Numbered from the stretch's first letter, positions 10,304 through 22,564 are shown. The stretch is DNA of 64,000 bases from Acidobacteriota bacterium (GCA_040755995.1 JBFMAF010000055.1:192001-256000); one strand, 5' to 3'. Numbers and translations are program-made. The notes: generated by a model not told the origin, from the sequence alone.

Positions 10304-10642
10304 ATGGCGAAGAGGAAGCCGGCGTTCGAGATTGTCTACCGGCCGGAGACGGTACGCCATCTAGACGCGATCCCGGCGAAGCATCTCAGCCTGATCCGGG
10401 AAACGATCGAGGAACAGTTGTCACATGAGCCGTTCAACGAAACGACCAATCGGAAGCCGCTCCTTCGGCAGTCTCCATTCGGGGAGAACATCTGGGAAAT
10501 TCGCTTCGGCCCGCAGAATCGGTATCGGGTGTTCTACTGTTCGGATCCGGATGTGCCTCACCGGGTGCTCGTTGAGGCAATCGGAATCAAGGATCGAAAC
10601 CGGCTCATGGTCGGCGGCCGGGAGGTGAAGTATGAGAGCTAG
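10304..10642 (+). CDS. RelE/ParE-superfamily toxin
   Basis: IEEQLSHEP...NRKPL...WEIRFGPQNRYRVFY...VEAIGIKDRN. Confidence 0.8.
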   Translation: MAKRKPAFEIVYRPETVRHLDAIPAKHLSLIRETIEEQLSHEPFNETTNRKPLLRQSPFGENIWEIRFGPQNRYRVFYCSDPDVPHRVLVEAIGIKDRNRLMVGGREVKYES

Positions 10643-10949
10643 CGTGGCTCAGGCCAAGGCGCGCTTCAGCGAGATGATCGAGGCCGCGCGCGGTGGCGAG
10701 CCCGTGATCGTGACGCGGCACGGTGAGCCGGTCGTTGCGCTCGTGCCGGTGCCGCAGGATCCCGACGACCAGGAGCGTTTTCTGCTGGCACACAACCCGA
10801 TCTTTCGCAGCATCCTCGAGGAGTCGCGCGGCAGCGGTAACCCGATCCCGCACGAGGAATTCTGGAAGCTGGTAGCGAGACGTCGTGCTGTCGGTCAAGC
10901 CGAACAAAGGCCTTCCAGCCGCCGGCGCACAAAGACGCGCCGCGGTTGA
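10632..10949 (+). CDS. Phd/YefM antitoxin
   Basis: SVAQAKARFSEMIEAARGGEPVIVTRHGEPVVALVP. Confidence 0.88.
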   Translation: MRASVAQAKARFSEMIEAARGGEPVIVTRHGEPVVALVPVPQDPDDQERFLLAHNPIFRSILEESRGSGNPIPHEEFWKLVARRRAVGQAEQRPSSRRRTKTRRG

Positions 10950-10964
10950 AGGCCTGCGCTAGGC
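10899..10964 (+). other. Integron attC site with non-canonical R' (GCTAGGC)
   Basis: R'' GCCGAAC, aggccttccagccgccggcgc...gcgccgcggttgaaggcct, GCTAGGC. Confidence 0.7.
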
Positions 10965-10980
10965 GCCTATCGGCGGAGCG

Positions 10981-11532
10981 ATGGGACTAGACGACATCTA
11001 CAACTACTTCCGTGCCTATGACAAGGACACCTTCGGCGTCTTCGCGTGCCAAGGTAGCGAGCCATCCGAAGCGGATATCGCAGCTTTCGAACGCGTCTGT
11101 GGCTTTAGACTGCCCGAGGAATTCCGAGAGTTCACGAAGTCGTCGCTTGGCGGTCTATACATGGAGGCCCGAGAGCAGTTCTGGCCTAGGCCGAAGGCCT
11201 ACGACGTGGGACCATTCTGGTCGTTCCTCTACGGAGTCAAGGTATTCGGTATTGCCGCAGACATCCCTGAGTGGCTCGACCTCCGGGTTCAGCATCGGGC
11301 CATGGGCGATGATGGCTACCCCCACTTGGTCCCGTTCCTTCAAGTGCAGGGTGATGCCAACCGCTACTGCTTCGATGCCCGTGGGCGTGTCATCTACTGG
11401 GACCACGAAGAGCCTGACGAGGAGAAAGAGGTGGCCCTCTCCTTCTCGGACCTGCTGCTACGAGAGATCCACGATCTCGAAGATCGCACCGGCAGGAAGA
11501 AGCGGGGCGAAGACAAACAGGGCGGGGCCTAG
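10981..11532 (+). CDS. SMI1/KNR4 (SUKH) family immunity-like protein
   Basis: PSEADIAAFERVCGFRLPEEFREF...YCFD...VIYWDHE. Confidence 0.85.
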   Translation: MGLDDIYNYFRAYDKDTFGVFACQGSEPSEADIAAFERVCGFRLPEEFREFTKSSLGGLYMEAREQFWPRPKAYDVGPFWSFLYGVKVFGIAADIPEWLDLRVQHRAMGDDGYPHLVPFLQVQGDANRYCFDARGRVIYWDHEEPDEEKEVALSFSDLLLREIHDLEDRTGRKKRGEDKQGGA

Positions 11533-11653
11533 CAAGCGGATGCAGCTGACGAAGCTCAGGGCGGCACTTGTACGGCGAGCTGAGGCGCCGCTCTGTGCCC
11601 CGCCCGCCGGACGGACGGGGGCACCGCGTCGCAGTTGATCCGCGGTGTTATTG
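11527..11653 (+). other. Integron attC site (127 bp)
   Basis: R'' GCCTAGC, gcggatgcagctgacg...cgtcgcagttgatccgc, R' GTTATTG. Confidence 0.75.
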
Positions 11654-11879
11654 CGCGAGCACACGGATGAGGCTCATATGGGGGCCACCGACTCCACCGG
11701 CGGAGACGGATGATCCGGCAGAAGCGGGATGGCAGCTGGTACGCGAACCGGCGCCAGACATGTTCGTTGTCGTCGGGAGATGGTGAAATGGCCGGTCGAG
11801 TGAACGTGACGGCGGTTGCAGGGTCTGGCATCGCCCCTGGCAACGCGACGCGGCTGACGCCCTCCAAAGGAGGTCTCGC

Positions 11880-13328
11880 ATGAAACGCGCAGCGCTCAGC
11901 TCCTTGGCTCTTATTCTATTGGTGACGGTCATCATTACAGCGGACACGCCCCTGGCCATACCGCGCGGGTGCGAGGCCGTCCAATACTACAGAGTGCGTC
12001 TGAAATTGAAGACGGCCTCCGGGGTTGCGAGCGTCGAGCTGCGCGACACGGGCAGGCTGATCACGGCCCGCCAGATCACTGTCTCGGGAGACCTCCGCAA
12101 GCACGGCGTCTCGCTTCGGGGAATCTGGGTCGGACCGAAGACATCGGGGACTCAAGTGGCGATCATAGCGGATTATGCCGTGAAGGCCACGGAGATCGCG
12201 ACTCCGCTCCCATGCATCTACCGGGGGAGCGGCGAGGGTCCTGCGACGCTCCAGGTCTACAATGTGCTGGCGGGAGGGGTCGAGCTCATCCGGACGTATC
12301 AGTTCAGCTGGCCCGAATCCCAGCGGTTCGAGATGGACCTCAGCTCGGTCGCGTCTTCCGCACCTCTCAGCGGCACGCCTCCGCGGATCGAGCCCCAGAA
12401 GATGATATGGGCTTTCTACTATCCATGGTACGACATCCCCTGGGACACCACGATTCTCTCCGACCGCCCCGCGGGCGGTTACTATGACTCGGACGATCCC
12501 GCGATCATCGCGAGGCACGTCAATCAGGCGAAGCTGGCGGGAGTCGACGGATTCCTTTCGTCCTGGTGGGGGCCGGGAAGCCAGACCGATGAGAATCTTG
12601 CAAAACTCCTGGACGAAGGCGACAAGAAGAACTTCAAAGTGATGATCAACTTCGAGCTGCTCACGACTGATGAAGACGGGGATGTCGTGCCGAGGGAGAA
12701 GAGCGAGATCGTCGCCTGGCTCAAGTATGCGATCACGGAGTACGGCAATCACCCCGCCTACATGAGGGTGGATGGCAAGCCCGTTTTCGTGATGTGGGCT
12801 TCGCAGGCGGTGCCGGCCTCAACATGGAGAGAGGTCCTCGAGATACTGCGCTCGACCGGTCGCGAGGCGGCGCTAATCGCCGAGTTCAACTCGCCCTGGC
12901 CCAAGCTCGACACCCTCGACGTGTTCGCCGGAATGCACACCTACAATGTGGTGAACTTCGTGGACAGCATCGAGAAGGTGCCGACGGATCTCGCCGGGGT
13001 CTACTCGAGAACGCGCCGGGTAGTCCACAACTTCCCGCTGCTGATGGAAACTCCGGAGCCGCGCATCTGGGCCGCCACGGTGCAGCCCGGCTACGATGAT
13101 CATCTCATCCCGGGGCGCACGGCCCCGATTCTGGACCGCGCGAGCGGAGAATTCTACCGGGCCACGTTCAAGGCGGCCACCGAGAGCGACCCCGACTGGC
13201 TCTTCATCACCTCGTGGAATGAATGGTGGGAACATACGTACATCGAGCCAAGCCGGAAGTACGGGCAGACCTACCTGGAGATGACCCGCGAGATGTCAGA
13301 TGCGCGGAAGGCTGCCTCCGGACACTGA
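11880..13328 (+). CDS. Secreted GH99/GH71-like glycoside hydrolase (endo-alpha-mannosidase-like)
   Basis: AFYYPWY, GYYDSDDP, AGVDGFLSSWWG, DGKPVF, ITSWNEWWEHTYIEPS. Confidence 0.85.
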   Translation: MKRAALSSLALILLVTVIITADTPLAIPRGCEAVQYYRVRLKLKTASGVASVELRDTGRLITARQITVSGDLRKHGVSLRGIWVGPKTSGTQVAIIADYAVKATEIATPLPCIYRGSGEGPATLQVYNVLAGGVELIRTYQFSWPESQRFEMDLSSVASSAPLSGTPPRIEPQKMIWAFYYPWYDIPWDTTILSDRPAGGYYDSDDPAIIARHVNQAKLAGVDGFLSSWWGPGSQTDENLAKLLDEGDKKNFKVMINFELLTTDEDGDVVPREKSEIVAWLKYAITEYGNHPAYMRVDGKPVFVMWASQAVPASTWREVLEILRSTGREAALIAEFNSPWPKLDTLDVFAGMHTYNVVNFVDSIEKVPTDLAGVYSRTRRVVHNFPLLMETPEPRIWAATVQPGYDDHLIPGRTAPILDRASGEFYRATFKAATESDPDWLFITSWNEWWEHTYIEPSRKYGQTYLEMTREMSDARKAASGH

Positions 13329-13350
13329 CGGCTATGGCTGGCCGGAGATG

Positions 13351-13439
13351 TCGACGGTTGTCAGAGGCGGTTATCGGCAGGCGGCCGCCGATCGTCCTGT
13401 CGCCTGGCTGTCAACCGACAACCGACAACTGACAACTGC
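13351..13439. repeat. 7-mer tandem repeat (CAACYGA x4) with upstream complementary arm; possible bidirectional terminator
   Basis: caaccga-caaccga-caactga-caactgc at 13412-13439; ggttgtc/ggttatc upstream; between convergent genes. Confidence 0.5.
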
Positions 13440-13446
13440 CCACCGT

Positions 13447-14448
13447 TCACTTCGCCGGCTTCTCGATCAGTCTCCTGATCATGTCGCCTGGGATCGTCCC
13501 TGCCAGCGTCACGCTATCGTCGTCACGATCGACTTCGAACGCGCGAATGGCGGAGACCATATCCGGGTTCTTCTCTTGCACGGCGAGTCGCCAGAAGGCG
13601 AGGACTCCGCGCAGCGTGTCCTCCAGCAGCTTCAGCGCCTCCTCGTCGGTCGAGACGCCGGTTGCCGAGAAATCGAGCTCTTCGCCTCGGAACGTCACCG
13701 ATGCTGCAAAGCACGACACCGGCTTGAATGCCGCAGCAAGCCCGGCCGCAGGGCTATCCGCGGAAGATGCAGTGTCCCGCGTCCCGAATCTGTGATCCTG
13801 TGCCAACTGCTTGGCGTCGACCAGCGCCCAGGCGGTTGAATTCACGTCTACGCGTTCAAGCTGTCGTCCGAGGCCCACGCCTGAACGGAAGCCGGAGCTG
13901 CCGCGCGCGTGATCCGCGAGCGCCTGCAGAACGGCGTCCTCGGTCCCTGCCACCAGGAGTCGCGATTCCACGAACGCGACCGCACCGCGCACATCCTTGC
14001 CTTCGACTTTGCAGTGCGTGTCCTTCTCAGGAAGGCGGTAGTATGTGCCGCCGGGCGCCGTCTGCTTCAACGCACCGCGCGCCTCCAGTGCCGCCGCCAG
14101 TCTACCTGCATCGAATCGCCCTTCTGCCGCGATGAGGGCCCGCACCTCTTGCTTCTTTCCCGCCAGCGGCGCCAGCGCCACGACCAGGAGATCGACGTCA
14201 TCTGCTGGCTTCAGACCCGCATCGCGCAGAAACGAGTCGGCCTCACCGCCGGATGCGATGCGATCGGTCTCCGAGATGAATTGCGCGCAAAGCGGATTCG
14301 CGCGCATCTCGGCGATCCGCACCATGCCGACCGTTGCTGCATCGGCCGGAACCAGCGAGAGAGCGTCGGCACTGCCGCCAGCCGACGCCGGAAGAGGCAG
14401 CACCAGTGCCAGGGCCGCGATCCCGAGTACCGCTAGACTTGTTTTCAT
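13447..14448 (-). CDS. Exported hypothetical protein, third gene of the ABC operon
   Basis: Signal peptide; start overlaps the permease stop. Confidence 0.8.
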   Translation of the reverse strand: MKTSLAVLGIAALALVLPLPASAGGSADALSLVPADAATVGMVRIAEMRANPLCAQFISETDRIASGGEADSFLRDAGLKPADDVDLLVVALAPLAGKKQEVRALIAAEGRFDAGRLAAALEARGALKQTAPGGTYYRLPEKDTHCKVEGKDVRGAVAFVESRLLVAGTEDAVLQALADHARGSSGFRSGVGLGRQLERVDVNSTAWALVDAKQLAQDHRFGTRDTASSADSPAAGLAAAFKPVSCFAASVTFRGEELDFSATGVSTDEEALKLLEDTLRGVLAFWRLAVQEKNPDMVSAIRAFEVDRDDDSVTLAGTIPGDMIRRLIEKPAK

Positions 14449-15302
14449 CAGAAGTCCTTTCTCTCAAAAAGCCACGCGGCCAGGGCGAGACAGCCCAGGC
14501 CGAACGCGGCTGTGGACGCGAACGGAAGGAACGAAACCGCATCGGCGATCCTCACGGATCCATCGGGGCCTCCGACCAACATGACTACGGCCTTGCCCAT
14601 CTCGCTGGTCTTGGGGCAGATCCAGTAGAGCGCATGCACCAGAGTCGCCTTCCACTCCGAGGAAACCAACGCGGCGATCTTATCGTGGGCGACGAGGATC
14701 GCCGAGAAAAAAAAGATGCCGTACGCGGTCATGATAGAAACCGCCGTTGATGACGTGACAACGCCGACGAGAAACACAAACGCCAGCAGCGTGGCGGTCG
14801 TGAAAAGGATCACCAGCCCGCCCAGCAGAAAGCGCGGGTGTACGACGTGGGTCTTCCAGATCACGATGAGCCAGATGCTGCCGAGGAGGTAGACGATGTT
14901 CGCCGCGGCGAGGAGAAGACCGGCGGTGTAGCGGAACAAGAGCAGCCGCACGCGGCCGACGGGCCGGGAAAGATACAGATCGATTGTGCCCTTGTCCTGG
15001 AGCCGCGGCACGAGGTGCGCCGTGGCGAAGATCGCCAGAAACGTGCCGACCAGGTAGAGGAACGCCGAGAACCCGGACTCGAAGCCGAGCACCAGTTTGT
15101 CCACATCCACTCGTGCCCGGCCCATGTGGACCTCCTGGCCGAACAGCTTCACGCCCGCGAGCGCACCGTCGACTATGTCGAGATTGACGGCCATTGCGAA
15201 TATCAGGATGAACAGCGATGACAGCACAAAATAGGCGAGCAGCGTCCAGCGCGCCGCAGCCTCGCGAAACACGTCCTCGACGCTGGCAGCAAGCGCCCTC
15301 AT
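14448..15302 (-). CDS. ABC-2 type permease
   Basis: Hydrophobic; KGTIDLYLSRPVGR; ends FERKDF. Confidence 0.88.
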   Translation of the reverse strand: MRALAASVEDVFREAAARWTLLAYFVLSSLFILIFAMAVNLDIVDGALAGVKLFGQEVHMGRARVDVDKLVLGFESGFSAFLYLVGTFLAIFATAHLVPRLQDKGTIDLYLSRPVGRVRLLLFRYTAGLLLAAANIVYLLGSIWLIVIWKTHVVHPRFLLGGLVILFTTATLLAFVFLVGVVTSSTAVSIMTAYGIFFFSAILVAHDKIAALVSSEWKATLVHALYWICPKTSEMGKAVVMLVGGPDGSVRIADAVSFLPFASTAAFGLGCLALAAWLFERKDF

Positions 15303-16252
15303 GACACCGGCCCTCCCTTCTCGCCGTTCTCCATCCGGACCAGGTCGACGAAGACATCCTCGAGCGTCGATCGCAGCGGCGACAGCTCCGAGATTTCAGC
15401 CCCGCGCGCTCTGGCGCGATCGACCAGCATGTTCAGGTGCGCTACGTCGCGCACGGTCAGCAGGAAATGACCGTTGCGCCTGTCGACCACCGCCCCCGTC
15501 TCACGGAATGCGCCTTCGAGAGCATCATCCAGCGGGGACGCCACCAGCTTGTACGCCGAACGCTTCTCGGTGAGATCGTCTATGCGACCCTGAGCCACTA
15601 TCTTCCCCTGCCTGAGAATCGCCACGCGGTCGCATGTCAGCTCGATCTCGGACAGCAGATGCGAGTTCAACAGCACGGTCTTGCCTGCCTGCGCCTGCTC
15701 GCGCAGCAGCTCCCGTATCTCGCGGCGCCCGACCGGGTCGACGCCGTCGGTCGGCTCGTCCAACAACAGCACTTGGGGCTCGTGAACGAGCGCCGCCGCC
15801 AGGCCGAGGCGCTGGGTCATCCCCTTGGAGAACTTCTTCACCTTGACGTCGAGCCAGTCGGCGATGCGGAGCCTTTCGAGCAGCATCGGGATGCGACGCT
15901 TCAGCGTCGCGCTGTTTGCGTCGGACATGCGTCCAAGGATCGTCAGCGTCTGGCGCGCTGTCAAGTACCCCGGGAACCGATGGCCTTCCGGCAGATAGCC
16001 GACGCGGCGCCGGCTCTCGGGATCGCTGACCCGCCGCCCGAGCACCTCGGCCTGGCCTCGCGTGGGCCGCGTGAGCCCGAGCATTATTTTGACCGCAGTA
16101 GTCTTGCCGGCTCCGTTCGGGCCCAGCAGCCCGAACAGCTCGCCCGGCCTCACCTCGAGGTCAATCCCGTCCAGTGCCGCCACGCGCCTTGACCGAAGGC
16201 GGGACTGGTAGATCTTCTGTAGCCCTGTGGCTCGAATCGCTGCGTCTATCAT
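15299..16252 (-). CDS. ABC transporter ATP-binding protein
   Basis: GPNGAGKT, FSKGMTQR, LLLDEPT. Confidence 0.93.
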   Translation of the reverse strand: MIDAAIRATGLQKIYQSRLRSRRVAALDGIDLEVRPGELFGLLGPNGAGKTTAVKIMLGLTRPTRGQAEVLGRRVSDPESRRRVGYLPEGHRFPGYLTARQTLTILGRMSDANSATLKRRIPMLLERLRIADWLDVKVKKFSKGMTQRLGLAAALVHEPQVLLLDEPTDGVDPVGRREIRELLREQAQAGKTVLLNSHLLSEIELTCDRVAILRQGKIVAQGRIDDLTEKRSAYKLVASPLDDALEGAFRETGAVVDRRNGHFLLTVRDVAHLNMLVDRARARGAEISELSPLRSTLEDVFVDLVRMENGEKGGPVS

Positions 16253-16446
16253 CTCCCCCCATTATACGCGCTTCTGGTCCTCGGGGTTCCCTGGAGGCGA
16301 ACTGCGCCCCGGACCCCGAAGACCCTTGTGTCGCAATGGATCTCTTCTAAACCGGTCATCGCACCCAGACGCACCCATCGTGTAGAATTGCCCGTCGAGC
16401 CGACGCGCAAACGAGAAGATTGTGCGACGCGACCAGCGATGCTGCG

Positions 16447-18417
<1,971 letters not shown>

Positions 18418-18619
18418 CCCGCGCGTCAGTCGCGTTCCTGGTCCGGCACCCACAGTCGCCGACTGCTGCCAGGGCGACGCCTCAGCCGGATCGAGCCTCG
18501 CGCTGCTGATCGTGTGGCAGAACAGGATCTCAGACAGGAATCGCGAGATCTGGGCCCGCATCCTCGATGTCACGCGCTAGAAGCGCCTCGGACCGACCAA
18601 GTCCTCCCGTCCCAGGCCG

Positions 18620-18872
18620 AGGGCCGGTGCTCATACCAGACCGGCGTCGCATGACCCGCTGGTTCCAGCTGTTCGCCAGCAAGGTGGAGGGCCTGCGGGA
18701 TGCCAGAGAGGATGGCGGCCTGCGGTTTCTGAGCTTCCTGTCCAAGGAACTGATCCCCTATATCGACAGCCGCCACCGGACGACTGCGCACCGGACGATG
18801 TACGGCCAGTCAGCCGGCGGCCAATTCGCCCTATTCTCCCTGTTGACCGAGCCCGAGGTTTTTGACGCGTAG
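18620..18872 (+). pseudogene. Internal fragment of an IroE/Fes-like alpha/beta esterase
   Basis: FLSFLSKELIPYIDSRHRT...YGQSAGGQFAL...EPEVFD then stop. Confidence 0.65.
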
Positions 18873-18993
18873 GAAGAGTCATAGTAGTTTGGGCGAGAAT
18901 CGAGACTGGATTACGACAGTGCCGAAGGGAAAAGCGCCGAAGAGCCCGGAATGCTATGGCAACATGAATTCTGCGGGTCAGTCGGGAAACAAC

Positions 18994-19992
18994 ATGAGGC
19001 AGTGGGTCGCGCGGCACGACACGGCAGTATTCCTGATCGTGACCTACGGCATTTCCTGGCCGCTGTGGTTTGTCTCGGGCACGCTCACGCGAACTCCGAT
19101 CCGCGCCCCAGATCTATCCTGGCTTGTGGCCCAGATCGGAGTCTTCGCGCCCGCATTCGCCGGCATGGTGGTCGGTGCGTGTGTCGGCCCCGGCGGGGTG
19201 CGGCGGGGGCTGCGGCTTTTGGCCCTCGTGTACGCACCGGCCGCGGCGCTCGGCCTCTGGATCGCGACTCGCGGCTTCCCGTCGTTCGTTGCGCTCAACG
19301 CACGCGCAACCTGGACCGTGATCGCTTTCGCCGCATGGGCTCTGGCCTGGGTCAGCGCGGGGCCGGACCGCCTGATCCCGTGGCCTGGCCAATCGGCTCG
19401 TCGCGCGCAGATAGCCCTGTGGTCCGTCGGTTGCGTGCTTGTGCCGGCCGGCCTGTTTCTGGCTGCCTGGGTGATGACAGCCAGCTCGGGCGGCGGGAAA
19501 GCCACGATCCCGCCGATGCCGGTGCGCGAGCTGACGCCGTCCGGCCTGCTGGCGGCTCTCGCCGTCAACCTCGTCTACGGTGGATCGCTCGGCGAAGAGC
19601 CCGGGTGGCGCGGCGCATGGCTTCCACGGCTGCTGCGAGCTCACAATCCGCTCGCGGCGAGCCTGATCATCAGCTTCTGGTGGGCTCTCTGGCATGCGCC
19701 GATCGACTTCGCACAAGGCTTCGGCCTTTCCGGCATTGGTGCGCTTGGAATCCGGCAGGTCTGGACGCTGCCCGTTGCCATAATCTTCACCTGGGTCACG
19801 TTGCGTGCGGGCGGCAGCCTTCTGCCGCCGATCCTCCTGCATGCGACTCTCAACGCAATTCCCGATTTCGCTCTCGGCGAGCCAGCGCACTACGAGAGCG
19901 CGCTCGGCCTTTTTCTCGTATTTCTCGTGGCCGCTGTTGTTGCGGCGGCAATCTTCGATTCGCGTCTCAGGAACTCACCACGCAATGGCTGA
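18994..19992 (+). CDS. CPBP/Abi (CAAX protease-like) intramembrane metalloprotease
   Basis: GEEPGWRG, WALWHAP, ILLHATLN. Confidence 0.88.
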   Translation: MRQWVARHDTAVFLIVTYGISWPLWFVSGTLTRTPIRAPDLSWLVAQIGVFAPAFAGMVVGACVGPGGVRRGLRLLALVYAPAAALGLWIATRGFPSFVALNARATWTVIAFAAWALAWVSAGPDRLIPWPGQSARRAQIALWSVGCVLVPAGLFLAAWVMTASSGGGKATIPPMPVRELTPSGLLAALAVNLVYGGSLGEEPGWRGAWLPRLLRAHNPLAASLIISFWWALWHAPIDFAQGFGLSGIGALGIRQVWTLPVAIIFTWVTLRAGGSLLPPILLHATLNAIPDFALGEPAHYESALGLFLVFLVAAVVAAAIFDSRLRNSPRNG

Positions 19993-20130
19993 CCGCCACC
20001 AGCCGAATCGCTCACTGGGTAGCCGGGGCCTTCTCTTCCTGGCCGCGCCGCCGGCCGACCCGGTGGAGAGCCTCAGGCACGAATAGAGCCGGTCGAAGGG
20101 GCGCCAGGTCTGCAGCGGCCCCGCCGGGCG

Positions 20131-20526
20131 TCAGGCCTCCCCGACTACTGCGTCGACCTCAATTTCGACAAGCCAGTCCGGATCGACGAACCGGACCACT
20201 TGCATGATGGTACACACCGGTCGGATTTCGCCAAAATACTTCCCGTGCACCTCGGCAACCGCTCGCCAGTCATCGATGCGGGTCAACAGGATTCGCGTTC
20301 GAATGACGTCCTGAAGGCCTGCACCGAGTCGCTCGAGAGCTGCACTGGCGATTTCGAAGCATCGGGCCGCTTGGGTGGCGGGGTCGTCATGCCCCACTGT
20401 CTTGCCATCCGGTCCGAGGGGAGCTGTCCCGGCGATTGCGATGAACTCACCGATACGAACCGCTCTGGAAATTCCAACAATAGGCTCGTACGGGCTGCCG
20501 GTGGACACACACTGACGAGAGCTCAT
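20131..20526 (-). CDS. RidA/YjgF family protein
   Basis: SRAVRIGEFIAIAGT...DVIRTRI...HGKYFGEIRPVCT...LVEIEVDA. Confidence 0.9.
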   Translation of the reverse strand: MSSRQCVSTGSPYEPIVGISRAVRIGEFIAIAGTAPLGPDGKTVGHDDPATQAARCFEIASAALERLGAGLQDVIRTRILLTRIDDWRAVAEVHGKYFGEIRPVCTIMQVVRFVDPDWLVEIEVDAVVGEA

Positions 20527-20673
20527 TCAACACCTCCGTCTGACGTCGACCACGAAAGGTCCCCACGACACCTGACGCTGCTGCGAGCGCGGGTCAGGCC
20601 GCCGATGGTTCTGAAGGGGATTCCCACGTGCTCCGCTATCTCGAGTCGTTTTCTGGGCAATGGCACAGCTAGG

Positions 20674-21138
20674 TCACTCCTGCGCCCCCGTATCGCCTCG
20701 GCTCCGTAGCGACAGCGCCAGACCGACGATCATCACGGCGAGGAGTACGAGATTCGCCACGGTGCCTGGTGGTGTTCCGGTTCTGGCAATGGGCAAGAAA
20801 TGAAGAATCAGTTTTCTGCTCAAGTGCTCCAGCAAGAGCAGAGCAAACATGAAGGGAATCACGGAGCGATATCGAACCAAGACCAACATACACATCGAGC
20901 AGATCACGAAGTGGGCGAGCCCCCAAATCGCGAAAAGAGAGACCACCGTCTGTGCCGCGGAGGACGTGAATGTGTCAAGGGGGATGCCGTCGGCGGAGCT
21001 CGCTACAAGGTAGCCATTGAAGATGGCATTCAGGCTCATGGCCACCTTCATCAACACCATCAGGGCAAAAAGCCAGAGCGCGATCTTGTAACCTCGATAC
21101 GTATTATCGAGGTGCTGGGGAAGAAGCTGGTTGAACAT
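20674..21138 (-). CDS. Four-TM hypothetical membrane protein (cassette)
   Basis: Hydrophobic ORF with RBS; preceded by a GTTAGGC core site. Confidence 0.75.
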   Translation of the reverse strand: MFNQLLPQHLDNTYRGYKIALWLFALMVLMKVAMSLNAIFNGYLVASSADGIPLDTFTSSAAQTVVSLFAIWGLAHFVICSMCMLVLVRYRSVIPFMFALLLLEHLSRKLILHFLPIARTGTPPGTVANLVLLAVMIVGLALSLRSRGDTGAQE

Positions 21139-21177
21139 GGCAGTTCCTTTCGTGACGGGGAGAGTCTTCTACACGAT

Positions 21178-21243
21178 GCCTAACGCTCCGCATCGGTCTC
21201 GCCGCCTTCCGGCGTTGGCGTTGGCCGCACGCCGTTGTTGGGG
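21178..21243 (-). other. Degenerate attC site
   Basis: Minus strand CCCCAAC aacggcgtgcggcc...gatgcggagc GTTAGGC. Confidence 0.55.
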
Positions 21244-21413
21244 CGCACGGGTCGTGATAGATCTCCAGTACCTCCCGGCCTACGATACGATCGGGACGCT
21301 GGTCTTGTTCCACAAGAGCTCATCCCTCGAACCGAAGTACGCGCTCGTCAGGACCTCCCCTCCGGAGTCGACGGCTGAGTCGGTGGCCTAGCGACTGCCA
21401 GGCCGCCAGCGCA

Positions 21414-21790
21414 TCACACCCAGTATACTAACTTGTATGCCACCCAGAAGCAGGCGAAGCAGATGCCGACAATTCCGCTGACGCAGAGCGCGAGGACTGG
21501 TGCGAGGCGGCGGTCGAGTTCGGGGACCTTCGCGCGAGAGTAGTTGCGGAGGAAGACTGCGTAGGCCACCAAGGCGAGGAATATCCCGGCGATCACGTCG
21601 GAAACGTAGTGCTGCTTGGTGAACAGTGTGGATATCGCGACGAGCGAAGCGCACAACATTGCGACGAGTCCAAGTGTGCGATGCACGCGATAGCAGGCCA
21701 GTGCTGACACGAAGGAGTGCGCGACGTGGAGGGAATGAAGGCAGTTATATGGCGGGTCGGCGTCGTAGAGGAACCCTCTCCTGCGAGTCC
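21414..21790 (-). pseudogene. PAP2/IPC-synthase-like phosphatase, C-terminal fragment
   Basis: LYDADPPYNCLHSLHVAHS...STLFTKQHYVSDVIAG; N-terminus missing. Confidence 0.7.
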
Positions 21791-21835
21791 ATGAGGCAGA
21801 CCACCTCCGCGCGCGCTTCCGGTCTGCTGCAAACA

Positions 21836-22564
21836 CTACTCCTGCACATCAACCGGGATCCTGAAGTCGTCGTCGCTCAGGGGTATGTTGACCTCGATAC
21901 TGGCAACCGTCGCCGTCTGCGTCCCGTCCTGGCGACCCGGGTAGACGAAGCTGCGAGGGAAGAGGATTCCCCCGGCAGGTTCGAAATCCGAGAAGGCGCG
22001 CTCCATGTGGTAATCATTCCCGCCCACGACGATGTCAGACGCTGCCCTGCGGACCAGAAAGGCATCGCCATCTACGTAGTACGTCATCTTCGCCCCGAGC
22101 GGCAGTGAGACGGCCAGTTTGTGCATCTCGGTCCCGCCGGCAACCTCCGAGCCGAGGTGCTCGTATGGGTAGTCGAAGAACGCTGGAATGAACCAGGCGA
22201 TGTCGACCTCGAAATCCTTCAGCTCGTCATCTGGTATGAGCCGGGGGCGGAAAGACGCGCCGGTCTGTCCGGTGGGGTCCTTCAGGAGACATCCGCGTGT
22301 GCCATCGAAGACGGTGATCCGGGTGCGGATCTTGTTCGGCCGTCTTATTTCGCAGAAGATGGGTGCCGCTCCGTGATCCGGATAGACTATGCCGATGCGC
22401 AAGGTTCGCAGAGCCCTGATCGTCTCCATCCCGCCCATGGCCTTCGCGCACAGCGCCACGATCTGATCGGCGCGGGCGGATGGTTGCCCCGCCGCCGGCC
22501 ATCGGCTCGAGGCAAGTGCGACGACAAGCCCCGCAGCAAGCCAGCAACCGCCGTGATCACGCAT
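21836..22564 (-). CDS. Exported LolA-like / lipoprotein-sorting-fold hypothetical protein
   Basis: Signal peptide, AMGGMETIRALRTL, YYVDGDAFLV, FSDFEPAGGILFP, SIEVNIPLSDDDF. Confidence 0.65.
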   Translation of the reverse strand: MRDHGGCWLAAGLVVALASSRWPAAGQPSARADQIVALCAKAMGGMETIRALRTLRIGIVYPDHGAAPIFCEIRRPNKIRTRITVFDGTRGCLLKDPTGQTGASFRPRLIPDDELKDFEVDIAWFIPAFFDYPYEHLGSEVAGGTEMHKLAVSLPLGAKMTYYVDGDAFLVRRAASDIVVGGNDYHMERAFSDFEPAGGILFPRSFVYPGRQDGTQTATVASIEVNIPLSDDDFRIPVDVQE

